Positions 58,634 to 64,000 of a stretch of 64,000 bases of DNA are shown here, piece by piece. Origin of the DNA: an uncultured delta proteobacterium (GTDB lineage Bacteria > Myxococcota > Myxococcia > Myxococcales > Anaeromyxobacteraceae); NCBI GenBank assembly GCA_963828255.1, contig CAWHDZ010000030.1, positions 96,001 through 160,000 on the forward strand. The letters are read 5' to 3'. Both the position numbers and the translations under genes were made by a program. Below the pieces are notes generated by a model, which was not told the origin of the DNA, searched no databases, and saw nothing but the letters and a program-made list of their open reading frames with translations. The stretch's first letter is position 1; every line of letters starts with the position of its first letter.

Positions 58634-61600
58634 TCACTGCCGGGTGAGAGTGACCACGGGATAATGGATCACGATCGGGGACTCGCTCTGAAGGTCATAG
58701 AAGAGCATCCGCAACTCGTTCCCTGTGGACCCGAAGTACGGGCGCAGCGGTTCGAAGGCCACCCCGTTCCAGCCGCAGATGGGCGTCAACAGGAGCTGGG
58801 AGCCCGACACCTGATAGGCGGTCGTGCTGCGCACTTCGCCCACTCCGCTGCGCCAGTCCACGACCTGCATGGTGCCCGACTGCAAGGAATAGGCGCTCCT
58901 CGCCGTCCAGGAAGTGGGGCCCGACGGTCCTGCCGGGCTGGAGTAGATGTTGCTCCCGGTCAGGATGTACGTACCCTCCACGATCGAGGCCGCCCCCAAC
59001 GCCGATGTCGGCGGGCTGGACGGCACATACACTGGCTGTACTTCCGTGGCGGCGTTCACCAGGTCGTTGCACGCGCAGGCGCCGCCGGCGCAGACCATCG
59101 GGCTGTACGCGGCCAGTTCCGAGGTGGTCGTGGCCGAGGGAGTCGCCACGGCATACGTCAACGACTTCACCCGTCCCACCCCGGGCGCATACCAGGCGAT
59201 GAAAACTGACGACGGGGCGTTCGAAAAGGCGATGAGGGTCGTCACCTTGAGTGCCGAGAACGTTCCAGCCGGCACGGTGACGGACTCGACTCCATTGACC
59301 GTCAGGTTCCGGGTCTGCGTGGCTACTCCCGGCGAGACGGTGGACGTCCTCGAAGCCGTCGCTCCCGGGAAGATGTCGGGCGGTAGGAGCAACGCCGGTG
59401 GGCTGTAGGCAAAGCTCGAGGTCAGCGATCCGGTTGCCGAATAGAGCAAGGAACTGACCACACCCAGGCCGCCGCCATCGGACGTCAAGGAGGAGACCTG
59501 GTAGGGGCCTTGATCGTAACGAGCCACGCCCGTCGCCTGGTTGGTGCTGGTGATTCTCCTGGTGAAAGAGGGCAGGGTGTACCCGACTGCTTCATCGGTC
59601 TGGATGGTGGGAGTGCCAGTAGAAGGCGTGACGACATAGCTTCGCGCAACAGAAGCCCCAGCCAGGTCCGGTGAGCCCGAAAATCCGCAGGCGCCCGTCG
59701 AGCAGGTGAGGCCGTTGCCGCAGCTGGTGCCGTCGGGTTGGTTGCCGGACACGCCGCAGGTCAGGAACCCGTCTGCGTCGCAGGTGGTCGCGTAGGTCTT
59801 GCACGGGTTCGCGGTTCCGGCAGGTGTGCAGGCGGTACCGGCGGCGCACGCCTGAGGTTGGCAAGTTCCGGTCGAGCAATTCATGGGGGCGTATCCCGAG
59901 AGTTCCGAGACGGTGCTACTCGACGGAGTGGCGTTCTCGAAGTTGAGCGATTTCACGAGCCCGAACCCTCGCACGAACCAGGCCACGGAGGTTCGCGGCG
60001 TGGTCGTTCCCGTGATGGTCGTTCCCGTGATGACGGTCGTGATCTTGAGGGCGGAGAACGTGCCGGCGGGTACCGATACCGACTCGATTCCGTTGACCGT
60101 CCAGGAACGGAGCTCCGTGAAGGTCGTCGTCCCGCTCGCACCTGTCCGGGTGACGGTCGACTGGGTTGTACGAGTGACGCCCGGCGTCGTGTCCGCGGGG
60201 ACGATCGGTGCTGGGGGATCGTACGTGTAGGTGGAGACCGTCTCGGTGCCGCCAACGACCTCGTGCAGGACGTATCCACTCATCGAGACCGCCCCACCGG
60301 ACTGGACGAGGGTCATCACCGAGTAGTTGGCGCGGTTACTCGCGGTCGACTTGATGGTCCAGGTCGGTGGCGTGTACGTGAGCGGCACGACGTCCTCGGT
60401 GAAAGCAACACCGGGGGAGGGAGGAGTGGCGCGATACCGTGACGCCATGCCGATGGGGAAGTAGTCGGTCGAACCGGACGAGCCGCAGGTCCCGGCCTGG
60501 CATGTGAGGCCCGTGCCGCAGCTGGTGCCGTCGGCCGCATTTCCGGACACGCCGCAGGTCTGGACGCCGCTCGTGTCGCAGGCGGTCGCGTAGGTCTTGC
60601 AGAGGTCGGGCGTGGTGGGGGGAGTGCAGGTCTGGCCGGAGGTGCAGGCTGGTGCTTGACGTAGCGTGTACACCATCAACGTCCCCATCGAAGGGCCACT
60701 CGCAGCGAGGGTGCGAAGTTCGGTCGCCGTTGCCGTGTAACCCAACGTGTATCCCACCTCCCCGCCTCCGCAGACCGAGGATGTGACCGTGTAGGTGGTC
60801 CCCACGAGGGAGTAGGTGACAACGGTCGGCGTCACCGGCTGGGAAGGACTTTGGCCGTAAGCGATCACGGCCTGCAGTGTTCCTCCGGAGATCACATTCA
60901 TCCCGGCGTAAGGGCTTGGCTGGGTTCCCGTGATACCGCCGGGCCCGGTGTAGATGATGCGGGCCGTCAAGTCGTAGACGCCATCGATGATGGTGCCCCC
61001 AAGAGGCGTCGGTGGGGCAGCCGCCACCCTGGTTTCCTGGATCTGCGTGAACGTGTTTGCGACCGGGCTGCAACTCAGTGGGGTGCAGGTTCCTGCCGTG
61101 CACGTGTTGCCGCTGCCGCACGGTGTGTAGTCGGTCTCGTTGCCAGACACGCCGCAGGTCTCGAGCCGCTCGTGTCGCAGGCGGTCGCGTAGGTCTTGCA
61201 GGAGTCGGCGTCCCGGTCGGCGTGCAGGTCTGGCCCGCGGTGCACTGCGTGCGCCGCAGACACCGGCGGTGCACACGTTGACGCCGCCGCACGCGGCCCC
61301 ATCCGCCACGACTTCGCCGCCGTGTCCGCGCACGCCGGCGTCCCGTTGCAGGTGGTGCGCCGACATGACAGGCGTTCGCCGGCGTGCAAGCGGTGCCGAC
61401 GGCGCAAGCCGCGCCCACGAAGCCGATGCTGAAGTGGGTGACCTGGGGCGAGCGGTCGTACCGCTCACCGTGGCGGGCAGGACGTCCCACTCGGTCGTGC
61501 TTCCGGGCTTGGTCCAGTAGACGGCGACGTCGGCGGACCTGGTGCCGGCCGGAACCGGGAAGCTCACCGTCACGGGAGCCGCGAAGGTCGTGCCAGCGGG

Positions 61601-61859
61601 TCCGAACTGATAGAGCGAGGAGACCGCACCGGCCGGAGCGGTGGCGGTGGACGCCGCGACCGTGATGGTGGTGTTCGCGGAAAGTGCTCCGGCAGGCACG
61701 GTGACCGTGGGGCCGCTCGCCATCGGACGGTTCCGCCCGCCGTCCCGACGGTGCCGGGGTCCGGAATCGGGATCGGCGCTCGCCGCCACATCCGGACAGG
61801 CTCAATCCACAAAGAAGGGCCGCGCAGGCAGCGGCGAACATCGCTCTCGAACGTCGCAT
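58634..61859 (-). pseudogene. large Cys-rich modular lipoprotein; 5' part broken by about 8 single-base deletions (pseudogene or sequencing error)
   Basis: Lipobox LSGC; ZU5-like domain (VPAGAL, P.GTTF..PV, HFS); three CKTYAT.CD...CGVSGN repeats; two VPAGTF.ALK...W...G.VK domains. Confidence 0.75.
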
Positions 61860-61964
61860 CGGTGGTCTCCCCCAAGAGCGCCCACGAAGGGGGGCGCTAC
61901 CAAGTGGGGAATCCTGCCAGGACGGCTTACACGGAATCTCTGGGGGAAACCCCAGAACGAACGC

Positions 61965-63008
61965 TTACCTGCCCGCGTCGGTCCAGAACCGCGCCACCAG
62001 CTCCGCGCGCCCCTCGACGTCGTACCGGCGGAGCAGTGCGGACACGTGCTGCTCCACGGCGCTCTCGCTGCAGGAAAGCGTTCCCGCGATGACCCGGTTG
62101 GAGTGGCCCTGCGCCACGAGCTCCAGGACCTTCCCCTGGCTCCGGGTGAGCGCCATCCGGGCCACGGCCAGGGCCGCGCGCGGACCGGGGTCGCACGGCG
62201 GAGCACGGCGCATCGCCAGGTAGTGGTCCGGTCCGTCTACGTCGGAGAGCCGCTGGACGATCCAGGTCCCGTCCCCACGCCCGGCGATCTCCTCCCGGAG
62301 CCCGGCGAGCAGAGCCGCCCGGTCGGACTCGAGCAGCGCTCGCGCCGCGGGGTTGCAGTGCAGGAGGCGAAGGGGGCGGCGGAAGACGACCGTCGCGGCG
62401 CCCGTCGCGGAGAGCGCAGCCTTCATCGCCGACTCGGCCCATTGCACGGCGGCGAGCCGCCCCTGGAGCGTCAGCCGATCGCGCAGCGGCCTCAGCAGCC
62501 GTGCGACGTGTTCGCGCTCTCGCCCGCCGAAGGGGCGGTCGCGGAAGGCGCCGAACCAGGCGAGGAGGACCGGCCCGTCGCAGAGGAGCGTCCGGACCAC
62601 GTCGGAGAGCGAAAAGCCGCTGTGGAGGAGGAGCTGACCCACGGGGGTGCTGCGGACGGACCGCCCGGTCATCCGCTGGAGGTCCGCGAGGGAGAGGACG
62701 ACGTTCCGCTGGGCGGGATCGGGAGCGGTGGGGTCGAAGGTCGCCCCGCTCCGTGGATTGCGCTCGACCAGCTCCCGCAGCCGGCGCTCGACCCGGACCG
62801 CGCCATTGAACGGGGATCGCACGGAGGCCAGGGAAACGCCTCCGTCCGAGACGTCGAGCCGGAACCCGACGGTCTGCTCGGTGTCGAGGACCGGGGCGAC
62901 CTCGCGGGCGGCGATGTCGAGGACGTCCGCACCCTTGGGCGCCCCGCTCCGGATGAACTCGGCGAGGTCGCGTGTGCGCTTGCGCGCGGCTGTGACACCG
63001 AGGCTCAT
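61965..63008 (-). CDS. LuxR-type HTH transcriptional regulator
   Basis: C-terminal LT..Q.KVL.LVAQG.SN..IA..L..SE..VEQHV. Confidence 0.85.
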   Translation of the reverse strand: MSLGVTAARKRTRDLAEFIRSGAPKGADVLDIAAREVAPVLDTEQTVGFRLDVSDGGVSLASVRSPFNGAVRVERRLRELVERNPRSGATFDPTAPDPAQRNVVLSLADLQRMTGRSVRSTPVGQLLLHSGFSLSDVVRTLLCDGPVLLAWFGAFRDRPFGGREREHVARLLRPLRDRLTLQGRLAAVQWAESAMKAALSATGAATVVFRRPLRLLHCNPAARALLESDRAALLAGLREEIAGRGDGTWIVQRLSDVDGPDHYLAMRRAPPCDPGPRAALAVARMALTRSQGKVLELVAQGHSNRVIAGTLSCSESAVEQHVSALLRRYDVEGRAELVARFWTDAGR

Positions 63009-63128
63009 GCGAACCGCATATCTTCAAAGACGGACCAGGAAGGAATTCCTGACCGGGATCACGAACGAAATCTTACCCCCCAAAAAGGCGACGATCAGGC
63101 CGCGCCCATGACGTGCCCGGACACGACG

Positions 63129-63158
63129 AGGCCCCGGTCGCTCGCGCAACCGGGGCCC
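63129..63158 (-). terminator. GNRA hairpin terminator of mdh, copy 2
   Basis: 28/30 identical to 58591-58620. Confidence 0.6.
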
Positions 63159-63187
63159 CTGGATCAACCGGAAGTCGCAGCCGGGAC

Positions 63188-64000
<813 letters not shown>

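Overview
A very GC-rich bacterial chromosome segment. Gene content and protein style suggest Myxococcota (Anaeromyxobacter-like); this is inference. Most of it is housekeeping: gatB 3' end, mtnA, rplU-rpmA-obgE-trmH, pfk, an RluA synthase, kdsB-pyrG-kdsA-kdsC-lpxL-lptCAB-rpoN-hpf-ptsN, a Yip1/TolC/MacAB-like ABC exporter with lepB, ppx, panE, an acyl-CoA dehydrogenase, ltaE, an RsmB-like methyltransferase, upp and the mdh 3' part. I found no rRNA, tRNA, CRISPR array, transposase or integrase. Highlights: (1) a Fur-box-preceded operon (porin, FMN-binding protein, two His-containing membrane proteins) with a convergent ApbE flavin transferase, a candidate iron-regulated, flavinylation-based electron-transfer/iron-uptake system; (2) a group-3d-like [NiFe] hydrogenase reduced to a HoxU-HoxY fusion (apparent CTG start) plus HoxH, with no HoxF; (3) a ~0.7 kb MNT-HEPN islet flanked by a perfect 58-bp duplication of the upp 3' end, with the toxin internally deleted; (4) an inverted sigma-54 site lying on the predicted start of the lptCAB-rpoN promoter; (5) accessory modular lipoprotein genes bounded by short repeated hairpins, one with about 8 clustered single-base deletions.
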